Assembly: GCA_951406725.2 (NCBI GenBank)
Contig: OX597838.1
Span: 9,052,001-9,116,000 of the forward strand
Source of the DNA: Octopus vulgaris
Taxonomy: Eukaryota
Direction of reading: 5' to 3'
DNA: 64,000 nt
Shown here: one piece after another, positions 11,801 through 25,629 of the stretch
How the letters are laid out: every line of letters starts with the position of its first letter
Numbering within the stretch: position 1 is the first letter of the stretch
Position numbers and translations under genes: made by a program
The notes under the pieces: model-generated
What the model was told of the DNA's origin: nothing
Seen by the model: only the letters and a program-made list of their open reading frames with translations
The model's database searches: none

Positions 11801-12235
11801 TTAAGCTAGTTCCTGCGGAGGGCTAATTGTGCCTGCAGCCCAAATCTACAGAGAGCAATAGTAATAAAGTATTTATTGGTACCTTACCATCTCAGGTTTA
11901 TATCACAGAAATTTGGAGAAAAACACTGCTGCATGAGGTCACAGAAGAACTCTTGATTGACGGTCTGGCCCTGAGGGATGAAAAATTCGTCGCTGTAAAC
12001 TTGACGAAGCTTGCTCAATGTCTTCGTAGCAGACTTCCTACGTTTGATCCTAAATCTCACATTGGGTATTTGTCCCTGTCTATGACAAAATCGCAGATTA
12101 CTGCATACACGTAATCACAAAAACACAAAAAAGAGGGAGAGAGAAAAAGAGGGCGAGAGAAGCGTCCATGACGTGAGGTAGAGGGAATGTGATTGTAACG
12201 CTTTCACGGGATTAGTTGAAGGGAAAGAGAGAACA

Positions 12236-12280
<45 letters not shown>

Positions 12281-12416
12281 CATTATTATTACCATTATCA
12301 CCAAGTAAACACAGCTCACACTGCCTCATGAAAGTCACTGCTAAGCTTTTCACTGCGCACGCAACCGTGTGCTGCCACCTGTTGGCGCGCTACAGAACTA
12401 GTCCGGGAACGTTTTA

Positions 12417-12835
12417 ATACCTATTTCTTTATTACCCACAAGGGGCTAAACATAGAGGGGACAAACAAGGACAGACGTAGGTATTAAGTCGATTACATGG
12501 ACCCCAGTGCGTAACTGGTACTTAATTTACCGACCCCGAAAGGATGAAAGGCAAACGTCGACCTCGGCACAATTTGAACTCAGAACGTAACAGCAGACGA
12601 AATACCTATTTCTTTATTACCCACAAGGGGCTAAACACAGAGGGGACAAACAAGGACAGACATAGGTATTAAGTCGATTACATCGACCCCAGTGCGTAAC
12701 TGGTACTTAGTTTATCGACCCCGAAAGGATGAAAGGCAAAGTCGACCTCGGCGGAATTTGAACTCAGAACGTAGCGGCAGACGAAATACGGCTGCGCATT
12801 TCGCCCGGCGTGCTAACGTTTCTGCCAGCTCGCCG
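12417..12835 (-). mobile_element. SINE family A head-to-tail dimer
   Basis: One head plus two ~184-bp bodies joined at GAAATAGGTATTTCGTCTG. Confidence 0.9.
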
Positions 12836-13359
12836 CACCCCCGTATACTATACCCGTCAAACTATACCCGTTGATGTACTTTTGTCGCATCCACGACTTG
12901 ACTTAGACTCCTTTGTTTGTCTCCGTCGATGACCTCTTCAATGACCTGACCTGACCTCCTTACTCCAGGTCTGTCTCGGTCTCTCTAGGCTTTTCTTAAC
13001 AATATTCGTGTTTTATGAGGTGACGAGCGGTGCGTGGGAATGTGTGAGAGTGTGTGTGTGTGTGTGGGTGTATGGTGGAGAGTGTCTGTGCGGTGTTGCT
13101 TTTGTATTTTTATGGTTTGTTATGATATATTTGGCAGTTTTGTGTGTCTGTGTGTACAGTGAGGTCTTTCTTGTCGCATTTCTTTATTGCCCATCCACCC
13201 GACCCACCCGACCGTCTGTGTCTTCATTCCTATCTTTTTTATATGTCAAATAAATAAAGAATTTATCCACAAAAGTACTTCTCGCAAATGAACACACATA
13301 TGTGCGCTCATCTACAGGCATGAACACGTGCTTATAGACACCGGTGCACATAAATGCAC

Positions 13360-13872
<513 letters not shown>

Positions 13873-14225
13873 AAACCATATTCATGTAATATTACTCTGC
13901 TTTAACTCCTTAAATAAAACATTGAAATATCATCAGAGTTGTACGCTTAAGTGCATGGGTGTGTCAAGCGAATCAAAATACGGTCTTGATACTCTAATAC
14001 GGCCCCGATTCTGCTTTCATTTTAAAGTTCAAATATAACAGGAAAACACGTTTAATAAAATATCAGGCTGCAAGCTGAAATGTATTGGGTTTGATTCAAC
14101 TTGAGGTTTCGTTTGGAAATGTTTCCAAAAGTAGCAATGTGATACACCGTAATTGAATTTAGCACGGCAACTTGCTGAAGACTATGTATTTGGATACAAA
14201 TTTATTACACTTCTGCATAAGTGTT

Positions 14226-14257
<32 letters not shown>

Positions 14258-14421
14258 TTCTCTCCTTGTTTTTCTCCTTGTTTTTTTTCTGTGTACCTTT
14301 CTGTCGAAGAGCGTAGGTTCGAAACGTAAAAGACTTTTTCTATTCCTGAGCGCTATACTAATACATTTGTTTGTTTGAACACCGCCTGCCTTCGTCTTTT
14401 GTTTATTTTCGTAAACTTTCC

Positions 14422-14426
<5 letters not shown>
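14258..14426 (+). mobile_element. Penelope-like pLTR-type repeat inserted in (TA)n (other copies ~55248-55420 and ~61920-62095)
   Basis: Three similar copies adjoining (TA)n, each with an atypical hammerhead-like CTGTNGAAGAGC...TCGAAACGT. Confidence 0.5.
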
Positions 14427-14480
<54 letters not shown>

Positions 14481-14484
14481 TATG

Positions 14485-14583
<99 letters not shown>

Positions 14584-14923
14584 TATATGTTTGTATGTAT
14601 GTATGTATGTATAAGAGACCAAAGTGTATGTACGCCGCTATATCTTTATATACAAAAAAAATACAAAAATGGGGCAAGAACGCAAAACCATCCAGACGGT
14701 ACAAAGAAAACAAGAACGGGTCATTCGGAGTTTTCTTTCCTCAGTCGAGTTCCAGATTATCTTTGCAATTTTGGCTCGTTATGCTCGAGATTGCTCCAAT
14801 CTGGCCGATCCCAAGGAAAAACTAAGCTAAGAGCACTAGATTCCTTGGAAGCGAATGCATACGAAAACAAGGACGGAAAAAAAAAACGGAGAAATGGTAC
14901 ACAAATGCAAATAAATAATTTTC

Positions 14924-14960
<37 letters not shown>

Positions 14961-15277
14961 AAAATAAGACAAGGTAGAAAATGATAAAATAATTTTATCA
15001 CGAAGAACATTTTAGTACCGGTTTCCCTCTTTGCGACTTTTTCAACTTAGAGTAAAGCTTGAAAAACAATTAAATTGCGGAAAAATTAAATGAAATGTTT
15101 TAAAAAATATTTCCATAGTTTTCAAATGCAAGGGACATTTCCCTTTTTTTTCTGCCTGTCTTTCTTTTTTATTCTTGTGAGGGCTTGGTAGTAGGTAGTA
15201 GGTAGTAGCAGTCCTAATATTTGATATAAGTTCTTCAAGAACACACACACACATATATATACATATGTATACACACG

Positions 15278-15319
<42 letters not shown>

Positions 15320-15405
15320 ATAAAATATTAGGGAATAAATCCAAACTTACAGGGAAAAATCAGATTTAGGATTGAATCCAATTTTATAGTAAAATATTAT
15401 ATTAC

Positions 15406-15649
15406 ATTAAATTAGAGATAAAACCACTTTTAGGCAAATCATACAATGAAAAACTTAAGCCAATACATAAGATTAATTAATTAATATATATATTATTTTA
15501 AATATATATCAAAATTATTAAAAAAAAGATAATGAGTATAATAATTTTGATATATATCTAAAATAATATATATTAATTAATTAATCTTATGTATTGGCTT
15601 AAGTTTTTCATTGTATGATTCGCCTAATAGTGGTTTAATCTCTAATTTA

Positions 15650-15651
<2 letters not shown>
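15406..15651. repeat. AT-rich fold-back palindrome (~114-bp arms, 18-nt loop)
   Basis: 15406-15520 is the reverse complement of 15539-15651 with few mismatches. Confidence 0.9.
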
Positions 15652-15710
<59 letters not shown>

Positions 15711-15733
15711 TGTATATACATATGCATATATAC

Positions 15734-16297
15734 GATGATAAACACTAAGTCGAGTATCTATTTGCTCTAGATGAACGGCTAATAATTTGTTGCTGGGTCT
15801 TCTTGGATGAAGATCACTATTTCTCCTTGGCTCCGTATTCTGTGGTCGCTTCTGAGTTGTACACAACCTGACATATGTACTTTCGCATCCAGTATGTCTG
15901 GGGTCGGGTGTATTTCACTTAGTGCTACACACAGTGTCTTTCTCTCGCTGTACAAAGTCTCTTTTGCTGTGCTAGGTCTCTAAAATATGATACGTTTGTT
16001 TGATTTGTGGAGTGTGAAAGATCTTGTCCATTCGGCATTATTACTGAGTTGAGTTTGAGGGATAATGAGAGCAATGGTGTGGTTGTGCACTGGGGGTTCT
16101 AGCAGCGATTGGTGCTGTTTGAGAGCGAAAAGGGTTTTTTTCTTTTTACTATTTCTTTTGCCAGATTAATCATCGCTAAAGAATTTTCTTGTGTTGGGAG
16201 AGGTTGTTGTCTGGAGTTGGTATGGTCGCACTGTTGAATATGGTTATAGTTTTATGGTTTTTAGTTGTTGATTTTACTATTTGTACCCAGTAGATAT
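15734..16297 (-). mobile_element. CR1-like LINE endonuclease region, left arm of an inverted duplication
   Basis: Reverse complement of 17787-18513 apart from an internal deletion. Confidence 0.85.
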
Positions 16298-16718
16298 CTG
16301 GGTGGCTTCTGGGTTTCAATGAAACATCACTGCCACTGTAAGGGCTGTTTCTACTGTGGATTTGGTGGTGGTTCAGTATTATGCTCTTGCTAGTCCATCG
16401 AGCCCCTGGATGATAAGTGAAGGGACAGTCACACATCAGAAATAATCTGGGAATAGCAACAGATTTGGGGATTCCGAGTTACATGTGTAGAAGTTATTAA
16501 ATGTGATTTAGAGTTTAGTGTGGTGGTGGTGGTGGGGTGTAAGACGTGTGGTTTGGCGTTGGCTGGTAATGTGTGTAAAAACTGTGCATCTTGTCCCAGG
16601 TGAAGTTACAGTCACTGCGCATGCGTTGAGAAAAGCGCCATATTTGGGGGTTTCGTGAGTTTATTATTTTATTTTAGTTACAGTTGGCAAATTTATCATC
16701 GAGCTGTCGGGTATTAAG

Positions 16719-17105
16719 GGAAGCACTCCGTCGGTTACGACGATGAGGTTTCTGGTTGATCCGAATCAACGGAACAGCCTGCTCGTGAAATTAACGTGTA
16801 AGTAGCTGAGCACTCCACAGACACGTGTACCCTTAACGTAGTTCTCGGGGATATTCAGCGTGACACAGAGAGTGACAAGGCTGGCCCTTTGAAATACAGG
16901 CACAACAGAAACAGGAAGTAAGAGTGAGAGAAAGTTGTGGTGAAAGAGTACAGCAGGGATCACCACCATCCCCTGCCGAAGCCCCGTGGAGCTTTTTTTA
17001 GGTGTTTTCGCTCAATAAACACTCACAACGCTCGGTCTGGGAATCGAAACCGCGATCCTACGACCGCGAGTCCGCTGCCCTAACCACTGGGCCATTGCGC
17101 CTCCA
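16719..17105 (-). mobile_element. SINE family C, full length
   Basis: 11-bp TSD CTGTCGGGTAT (16704-16714 / 17106-17116). Confidence 0.92.
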
Positions 17106-17163
17106 CTGTCGGGTATACATTGAGACTGAAGTGGACGGCGGGTGGTGGGGGTGGATTATTAAC

Positions 17164-17215
<52 letters not shown>

Positions 17216-17224
17216 ATGGTGGTG

Positions 17225-17256
<32 letters not shown>

Positions 17257-17269
17257 GGTAGTAGTAGTG

Positions 17270-17338
<69 letters not shown>

Positions 17339-17714
17339 ATGGTAGTAGCAGTAGAATAGGATGACGATGGTGATGAGGAGAAGAATTTGAGCCGTCCTGG
17401 CTGTGGAGAGCGAAGGAGTGTATTGTTGAACGGGTCGTCGATTGTTCTAGGAATGAAGAGTGACTTCCAGCGCTGATCTTGTTGTCGTTGTTATTGTTGT
17501 TTAGATGATGTAAGGGTTGTAGGAGTAGAACATGATGGCAATGATGATGATGATGATGGCAATGATGGGTCACTTTCGGTATTCCGAGGAAATGAGGAAG
17601 TGGATAGCTCTTCATTGTTCAGTTTAACAGTCCATCAATTGTGCTAGTATTGAGGAGTGGCCGTGGTTGTTGTTTACACACACACATACATACATACATA
17701 CATACATACATACA

Positions 17715-17786
<72 letters not shown>

Positions 17787-17793
<7 letters not shown>

Positions 17794-18570
17794 TCTGGGT
17801 ACAATAGTAAATCAACAACTACAAACCATAAAACTATAACCATATTCAACAGTGCGACCATACCAACTCCAGACAACAACCTCTCCCAACACAAGAAAAT
17901 TCTTTAGCGATGATTAATCTGGCAAAAGAAATAGGTAAAAAAAAAAACCCTTTTCGCTCTCAAACAGCACCAATCGCTGCTAGAACCCCCAGTGCACAAC
18001 CACACCATTGCTCTCATTATCCCTCAAACTCAACTCAGTAATAATGCCGAATGGACAAGGTCTTTCACACTCCACAAATCAAACAAACGTATCATATTTT
18101 AGAGACCTAGCACAGCAAAAGAGACTTTGTACAGCGAGAAAAAGACAATGTGTGTACCACTAAGTGAAATACACCCGACCCCAGACATACTGGATGCGAA
18201 AGTACATATGTCAGGTTGTGTACAACTCAGAAGCGACCACAGAATACGGAGGCAAGGAGAAATAGTGATCTTCATCCAAGAAGACCCAGCAACAAATGTC
18301 CCTTTGTCGCTCATAAATCAATCCCCAAATTAGCCCAGCCCACTTTAAGTTTCCTAGTCTCAGCTGGCCTGAGGGTTATATCCAACCGGAAATTAAACAG
18401 CTGCACAGGGGAGATATGAATGCTCTTCTTGAAACCACTAAAGACTTCCTCATGCAACAAATTATTAGCCGTCCATCTAGGGCAAATAAATACTCGACTT
18501 AGTGTTTATCATCAATACAGACTTCATTCACAATGTTCAGGCCATTCCCACAGATATTTCCGGACTTATG
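17787..18570 (+). mobile_element. CR1-like LINE AP-endonuclease remnant, right arm of the inverted duplication
   Basis: LSEIHPTPDILDAKVHMSGCVQLRSDHRIRRQGEIVIFIQED and MQQIISRPSRANKILDLVF resemble the APE motifs ETWL..RxDR..GGGV and PTRxxxxLDL. Confidence 0.8.
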
Positions 18571-19251
18571 GGATGACTTGATACATTAGAAAGCGAGACG
18601 AACAAGTAAAACATGTAATTTATAATTCAAACATAATTGCGGAGTCGTTGTAGTAAATAAGGGACTAAGAAATAATACGTAAGGGTCTTCACAGCTGTTT
18701 CTGGAAAAGCTGAGCATTGGGATCATATGTCATTGAGCGAAGATTTCCATGTAAGCCAAATACTCCTTATTTGGAAAGAAAATCATTAAGGAATATCTTT
18801 AATAAACGATATTAGTAGTTACCAGTTTACAGAATAATTAAAGAACGTACTTAGTGAAAGATAATAGTGGTTAGCAATTAATGATCAGAGAAGTAAGGAA
18901 ATCCTTAGTGAAAGATAATAGCAGTTCGCAGTTCCATTGCTGAAAGATCAAGGAATATCCTTAGTAAACGATAAAAAGAAGATACTGGTTCTATCTTCGA
19001 AGAGAAAGTTAACACATGTCACAGGAAACTTTGTAAATCTCAAAAAAGAACTTGCCGAAGAATATGCTGCAGGAATAAGTCAGCAACATAAACCACGAGT
19101 AAATTTCCTGATCCCATACAAAATGAAACCCTAGAGGCGTACGCTCATAACACGCGGCATGAGATCAGAAAAATAGTTGAAGATTCCATGTTTATTGATG
19201 TTATATGTGATTGCTGTGGCATGGAACAAGAATCAGTTATTGTCGTTATAT

Positions 19252-19460
19252 AATAATAATAATAATGAAATTATTGTATACAGTGCTCAGGTGCACCACA
19301 ACTTGTCAGAGAGTGCATATAAAGTACATGCAGTAATGTAGAAATGTCTGGAAAGCGAACAATGTATGAGTCAGATACATGCTTGTGTGTGTATGGAGGG
19401 GAGAAAATCAGGTGTAGTGTTGGCGAATCTCAGGAAGCATGGAAGTTTTGAAGGATGCAG
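19252..19460 (-). mobile_element. CR1-like LINE 3' end with (ATT)n tail
   Basis: Same sequence as the copies at ~51565 and ~52390. Confidence 0.85.
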
Positions 19461-19464
19461 TTAT

Positions 19465-19970
19465 GTTTCTGAAAACCAGGATGTCCACTAAGATTTTCTC
19501 GGCTTTTATAGCACTCCTGACTGTACTTCGGAGACAATGACTAAAGTTATCCTGGATGTTTTTGTTTCCTAAACATTTCTCTGGACTCAAAATTATGCTG
19601 TTTTTGTCTTTGATGGCGCATGTACCATGAGCGGAAACATTTCGGACATACAAAAGAGGTTAAAAGACATGTTTCCTGGTATATTTTGTACACTGCGGAA
19701 AACACTCTCTGGACCTTGTCCTCCAAGAAATTGCATCTAAAGTTTCCATGGTCACTGATGCATTGAACTTTGTTCCCCCAAAGCACCGTTCTTCTGAAGG
19801 GACCAGCCTGTGTGATGAAAACGTCATCATGTTGCAAGCTCATGTCTGTTGCATCAAGTAAGAGAATGTTCAGCACACGGCCGCTGTTTGAAGATCTGAC
19901 CCCGTGCCACAATGACGCAGCAGCACCTGACACATTCTGCTGCCATGCATGGACAATTGTGCAATGAAAA
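19465..19970 (+). mobile_element. Degenerate hAT (Tip100/ZMYM1-like) transposase fragment
   Basis: DFLGFYS..., FDGACTMSGNISDIQKRLK and FVHCGKHSLDLVLQE match hAT motifs DGAxxMxG and HCxxHxLxL. Confidence 0.75.
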
Positions 19971-20072
19971 TACTTTGGAGCTCCTCTTCGGAAACTTTAT
20001 TACCAAAATGAACGAGTATAGAGAAATCTTTGGAATGATTTGAAGCATTCCTTTTTCCATGTACAACAATAA

Positions 20073-20455
20073 TGGAGGCGCAATGGCCCAGTGGTTAGGG
20101 CAGCGGACTCGCGGTCATAGGATTGCGGTTTCGATTCCCAGACCGGGCGTTGTGAGTGTTTATTGAGCGAAAACACCTAAAGCTCCACGAGGCTCCGGCA
20201 GGGGATGGTGGTGATCCCTGCTGTACTCTTTCACCACAACTTTCTCTCACTCTTACTTCCTGTTTCTGTTGTACCTGTATTTCAAAGGACCGGCCTTTTC
20301 ACTCTCTGTGTCACGCTGAATATCCCCGAGAACTACGTTAAGGGTACACGTGTCTGTGGAGTGCTCAGCCACTTACATGTTAATTTCACGAGCAGGTTGT
20401 TCCGTTGATTCGGATCAACCGGAACCCTCGTCGTCGTAACCGACAGAGTGCTTCC
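20073..20455 (+). mobile_element. SINE family C, full length
   Basis: A box TGGCCCAGTGG, B box GTTTCGATTCC, TSD ACAACAATAA. Confidence 0.92.
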
Positions 20456-20919
20456 CCATTCCACAACAATAATAAATATTATCTGTGTTTGTCTTAATAT
20501 TAAAATTGAAAAATAATCGACTTTGTTTGTAAAAGAAATTGGACCCGAGTTTGCGACCCCGAAGCAAATTTCGTTCCCAGGTCACTGGATATTATCTATT
20601 TTTCAGGCGATCATGGATCTACCAAACGCATTCCTATCCTACTCTGATCCTTCTCTCATTCTCGACAGACTGGAATACACTAACATCCCCGATTGCAGAC
20701 ATTCCCTCGCCTTTACATTTCTCTCACTACTCCCTCTTCTGATGACGGGTTACTCACCTATGGAACCCTTAGTCAATTTGATGAGCCACACCATTCTAGA
20801 AACAGCTGTAGGAGACTCTCTATCAATATTCTCCACATTAAATGGGTTTACATTTTCATTTTTGCTTTCATCTTTATATAATTAATTACAAACATAAGGA
20901 TATAAAAGAATAGAGATAC

Positions 20920-21116
20920 TCACACGCACACACACATATACATACAGGCACATATGCACACACACACACACGCATACACACATACATACATGCATGCATG
21001 CACACATATACTCGCAGGCACACATAGAGACACGCACACACACACACCGAGGCACACATGCGCATATCCGTACACACACACAAACATACATTCATACATA
21101 CATACAGGCGCATATG

Positions 21117-21147
<31 letters not shown>

Positions 21148-21795
21148 AGGCACATATGCGCACACGCACACACACACTCACAGAGACACACATGCGCCCG
21201 CGCACACACATACATACAGGCACATATGCGCACGCACACGCGCATACACCCACGCACAGAGGCATGCACACACACACACATATACTTAGACACACATACA
21301 CACGCATACGAACACACACACGCTTATATACAAAGAATAATAAGGAAGGGTGTGGCACGTCGAGTCTCCGAAAACTTGTGGAACGCTTTAAAAACCTGTT
21401 TCATATTAAGTAAATATTAAAAGGAAAACCTTAAAATACATTTATGCACAAAGAGTGCATAGGTTCGCGCACATGTATATACATGCCAATACACACGTGA
21501 ATTCACACCACCGTCCTTTTGTGTGCCTACGCACAACAACGCACCACCTTGTTGAAAGGAATACAAAAATAGCTTTTGATATATATCGTATATATTTGTA
21601 TGTATGTATGTAATGTATATATGTATGCATGTATGTACGTACGTACGTACGTATGTATGCATGGTGTATGTATGTAATGTATGTATGTATATATGTATGT
21701 ATGCATGCATGTGTGTATGTATGTAATGTATGTATGTGTTACCTCTGAATTTCCTTCATTTCTTCTTGCCATATATATATATATATATATATATG

Positions 21796-21827
<32 letters not shown>

Positions 21828-21870
21828 CGCATATATATATACGTATATATATACATATATATATATACAT
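20920..21870. repeat. Degenerate (CA)n / (TATG)n / (TA)n microsatellite field
   Basis: Seen directly. Confidence 0.95.
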
Positions 21871-21876
21871 ACACTC

Positions 21877-22102
21877 TATTTGGGTTTTAAGGCTACCGTT
21901 GGTTGCATGTTAAGAAAATATCTCAATATATTAATACTTTTACAAACCGATCACATGGAGGAATGATGTTCGCCTCCATTTTGGATTGAAACATCAAGAT
22001 GCAGACGAACAACATTCCTTCATGTGATCAGCTTAAAAAATTGTTAAGGTACCAAGGTATTTTTCTTAACATGAAACCAACGGTAGCCTTAATACACAAA
22101 TA
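21877..22102. mobile_element. MITE with ~45-bp terminal inverted repeats
   Basis: TATTTGGGTTTTAAGGCTACCGTTGGTTGCATGTTAAGAAAA pairs with TTTTCTTAACATGAAACCAACGGTAGCCTTAATACACAAATA. Confidence 0.8.
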
Positions 22103-23224
22103 AAGAATTTTTTATCCACCAATGCGGTGTTGAGCGCTCATTCTCATTGTTCGATATTTACGTATGTATGTATATATATGCGTGTGTGTGTGAGTGTATA
22201 GAAATGCTCGTGCTTGTGTATTTACGCATGTGTAAGTGTATGCATGTTTGTACACGCATATTTGAGCAACCTTGTGAGCGTATATATGCGTGAGATTGTA
22301 CGTATACACATATGTACGTGAGCAAAAGTGTGCACTTACATGAAAGCATGCGCATATATATGCATCTATGCGTACACACGCCCAAGTGCACACACACACA
22401 TAGGCAATCCAGTGTAGAATTCAATATATAACGCTTCAGAACGAAGTGTTAGACGAGTAGAGAGCTGTAATATGGAAATGGGATGACGAAGGAATTGATA
22501 TTGTTGCTGCCGTCTGTGAAGTTACCGAATGTGTGTTTGTGCGTATATTTGGGTTGGCTTCCTATATTGTTTGTATCCGTGCCCTTTATAGTTTTTTTAC
22601 TATTATATTTATCATGGGTATGTGCATGTCTGTCTATTGCATGTGTATTACGATGTTTCTATCTATTTTTCCCCACCTTCAGTCTTTGGTCGTCATGTTG
22701 TGTGGTGTGGTGGTGGGTGTTATTGTTTCATTCGTGTTCTCTGTTGAGGCTCGGTCTGTCTATTGTTATGGGTATAGCCTCTGTGATCTGACTAAGTGCC
22801 GTGTCAGTTCTATGTGTTGATAATACTTTCACCTCTATGCTATTGACTGAGCCTCTATATTCTGCTTGAACATGTTGGGTGAGCACTAACAAGCCTTTCT
22901 CTTTTTTGAGCTCACCAATGTTCAACTATACGCTCTCCTATGCTGCGTGCTGTCTCTCCAATGTAAGTAGTTGTCATACTTCTGCACAGTTCCTCTGTAC
23001 ATCGTAAGCTATACACTATATTCCTAAACTTACATTTAACCTGTGGGTTCATCTTACATACAATACAATTATTCTCCGTACATGGAGACCCATCGAAGGG
23101 GTAAGTTCTACAGATCAGGGATTTTATAGGGGCACCAGGCCCTTCTACTACTTTAATCCGTAGTTTGGCCTTATCTAATGTTTTACCCTAAAACGGTATG
23201 CTTGTTCGCCGCCATATATATGGT

Positions 23225-23387
23225 AGGCGCAGGGGTGGCTGTGTAAGAAGCTTGCTTCCCAACCACATGGTTCCTGGTTCAGTCCCACTGCGTGGTATCT
23301 TGGGTAAGTGTTTTCTACTATAGCCGCAGGCCGACCAAAGCCTTGTGAGTGGATTTGGTTGGCGGAAACTGAAAGAAACCCGTCGTA

Positions 23388-23419
<32 letters not shown>

Positions 23420-23590
23420 ATACCGTCGCTTGACAGCCGATGTTGGTGTGTTTATGTCCACGTAACTTAGTGGGTCGGCCAAAAAAACCCCGATAGAAGA
23501 AGTACTAGGCTTACAAAGAATAAGTGCACGTTCGACTAAAAAAATTCAAGGCGATGCCCCAGCATGACCGCAGTTTAATTACTGAAACAA
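23225..23590 (+). mobile_element. SINE family B copy
   Basis: Consensus match. Confidence 0.85.
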
Positions 23591-23593
23591 GTA

Positions 23594-23654
<61 letters not shown>

Positions 23655-25629
23655 TCATATATATATATATATATCTACATACATACATTCATATATATAT
23701 ATATATATATATATCTCTACATACATACATACATATATATATATATATCTACATACATACATACATATATATATATATATCTACATACATACATACATAT
23801 ATATATATATATCTACATACATACATACATTCATATATATATATATACATACATTTATATATATGTGTGTGTGTATTGACATACACACACACACACACAC
23901 ACATAAAAGCAGGCACTCCGCAGACACATGTACTCTTAATGTAGTTCTCAGGGAGATTCAGCATGGCACAGAATGTGATATGGTTGGCCCTTTGAAACGC
24001 AGGTACAGCTCATTTTTGCCAGCTGAGTGGACTGGGACAACGTGAAATAAAGTGTCTTGCTCAAGGACACAACGCGTCGTCGGGAATTGAACTCACGACC
24101 TTACGATTGCGAACCGAATACCCTAACCGCTCAAACATGCGCTTTCACTCATGCACATACGCACATGCAGAAGGTTGTAGAAAAGAGCGGGAAATTTGCA
24201 GAGAGAGAAAAAAGAGGTGTGGTTGAGAAAAATGTAAAGGCTCTATCTTCCCTGCATTCCTGTTCATCCCAGTGGAAATGAGAGGAATTTTGTTTGTGAC
24301 AGGGGGAAGGGAGGGAGGAGGAAATGTGATCATTGACACACTAAGAGAGCTGGTTTATATGCACTATTCGACAGTATGCGCTGAATATATATTAATATAT
24401 GACACATTAATTTGTGTAACATTATACACAATGCATTACACAGCACAAATAGTGTAGACACACACACACATATATATATGCATGCATGTGTGTGTGTGTG
24501 TGTGTGTATGTGTATGCGTGAATCTCTGTAGAAATTTGTACTGTGTGCTATTTTTTGTCTCTTTTGCAAGCTATGTGCGCGTCTGCGTGAGTATCCATTG
24601 ATTAAATTTCTTCAATTAAAAAAATTCAGTTTCACGTTGTAAATTTTGTGTGCACTGGTCCTAAAATATGTGCGTGGGCATAAGTGCGCAGCTTAGCAGG
24701 AACACTGATGATAGCGCATAAAATGTTTTGCAATGGAGAGGATTGAGTTTTGAAAGGCAAAGCCAAGAGAAACTGCAGCGTGAATTCAGACCGTGTAGAG
24801 TAAAAGTTCACAGGTGGAAGATCATCGTTTTCCCATGTGTTTGTAAGTCTTATTAAAGATAATACATTAGAAAACACCAAAGACTGACAGATTGCGCAGA
24901 GGAGTGACAAATGAATTAGGATTTCTTGAGTATTGTTGGAAGCATTCTGTGAATTTTCACAACCTTGTCGCTCAAACAGCGATCTATTTTGTTGACATAA
25001 AATGCATCGCAGAACTTGGCTGTTGTATCTTGGGTTGGAATAAATGCAATCAAGGTTGTCAACGACATTGACATAGACGTGAAGCATAGTCGAATTGTTG
25101 TATGGGAGATAAAAGCATGTAACGCTTACAAAAATACGTAGATATGTGTTTCTAGGGGTGAGAGAACTCTTCATCGGAAGGTCGAGCAGATTATTCCGTG
25201 AGAAGAATAGGATTGGAAGCGCAAAAAGGGTAGCAGTTGCAGAGTCAGATTGCAGAAAGTGCAAGTTGCAAGACGACAGGTAAATGGGAAGGGAATGAAG
25301 ACTTCAGAAGAATGATTGTGGCAGTAGAGTTGACAGACAAAATGGACAGCGTCCATTACATATTAGTGGGGTTAGGGTTAGGGTTAGAGAGAACAAAAAT
25401 AAAGTATTTGCTTTGACTTGAAAATGAAATTAAGGTTTCTGTGACTGATTTATGGTGAAGTGGGTTCCCCGTTGAGAGTAAAGAGCCATTTCTCTCTCTC
25501 CATCCTCTGCTTTGAGTTTCAGATATTTATGGAGATGATACATGAATGCCTGAAATGGTAGACTTCATTATACGGAATCTAGTCACAGACTAAATACCTG
25601 TCAATTTGTTCTCTGTGAAGACGTAAATC

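Noticed and set aside
25368-25386. Telomere or chromosome-fusion site
   Set aside because: Only about 3 hexamers, with no inverted array.
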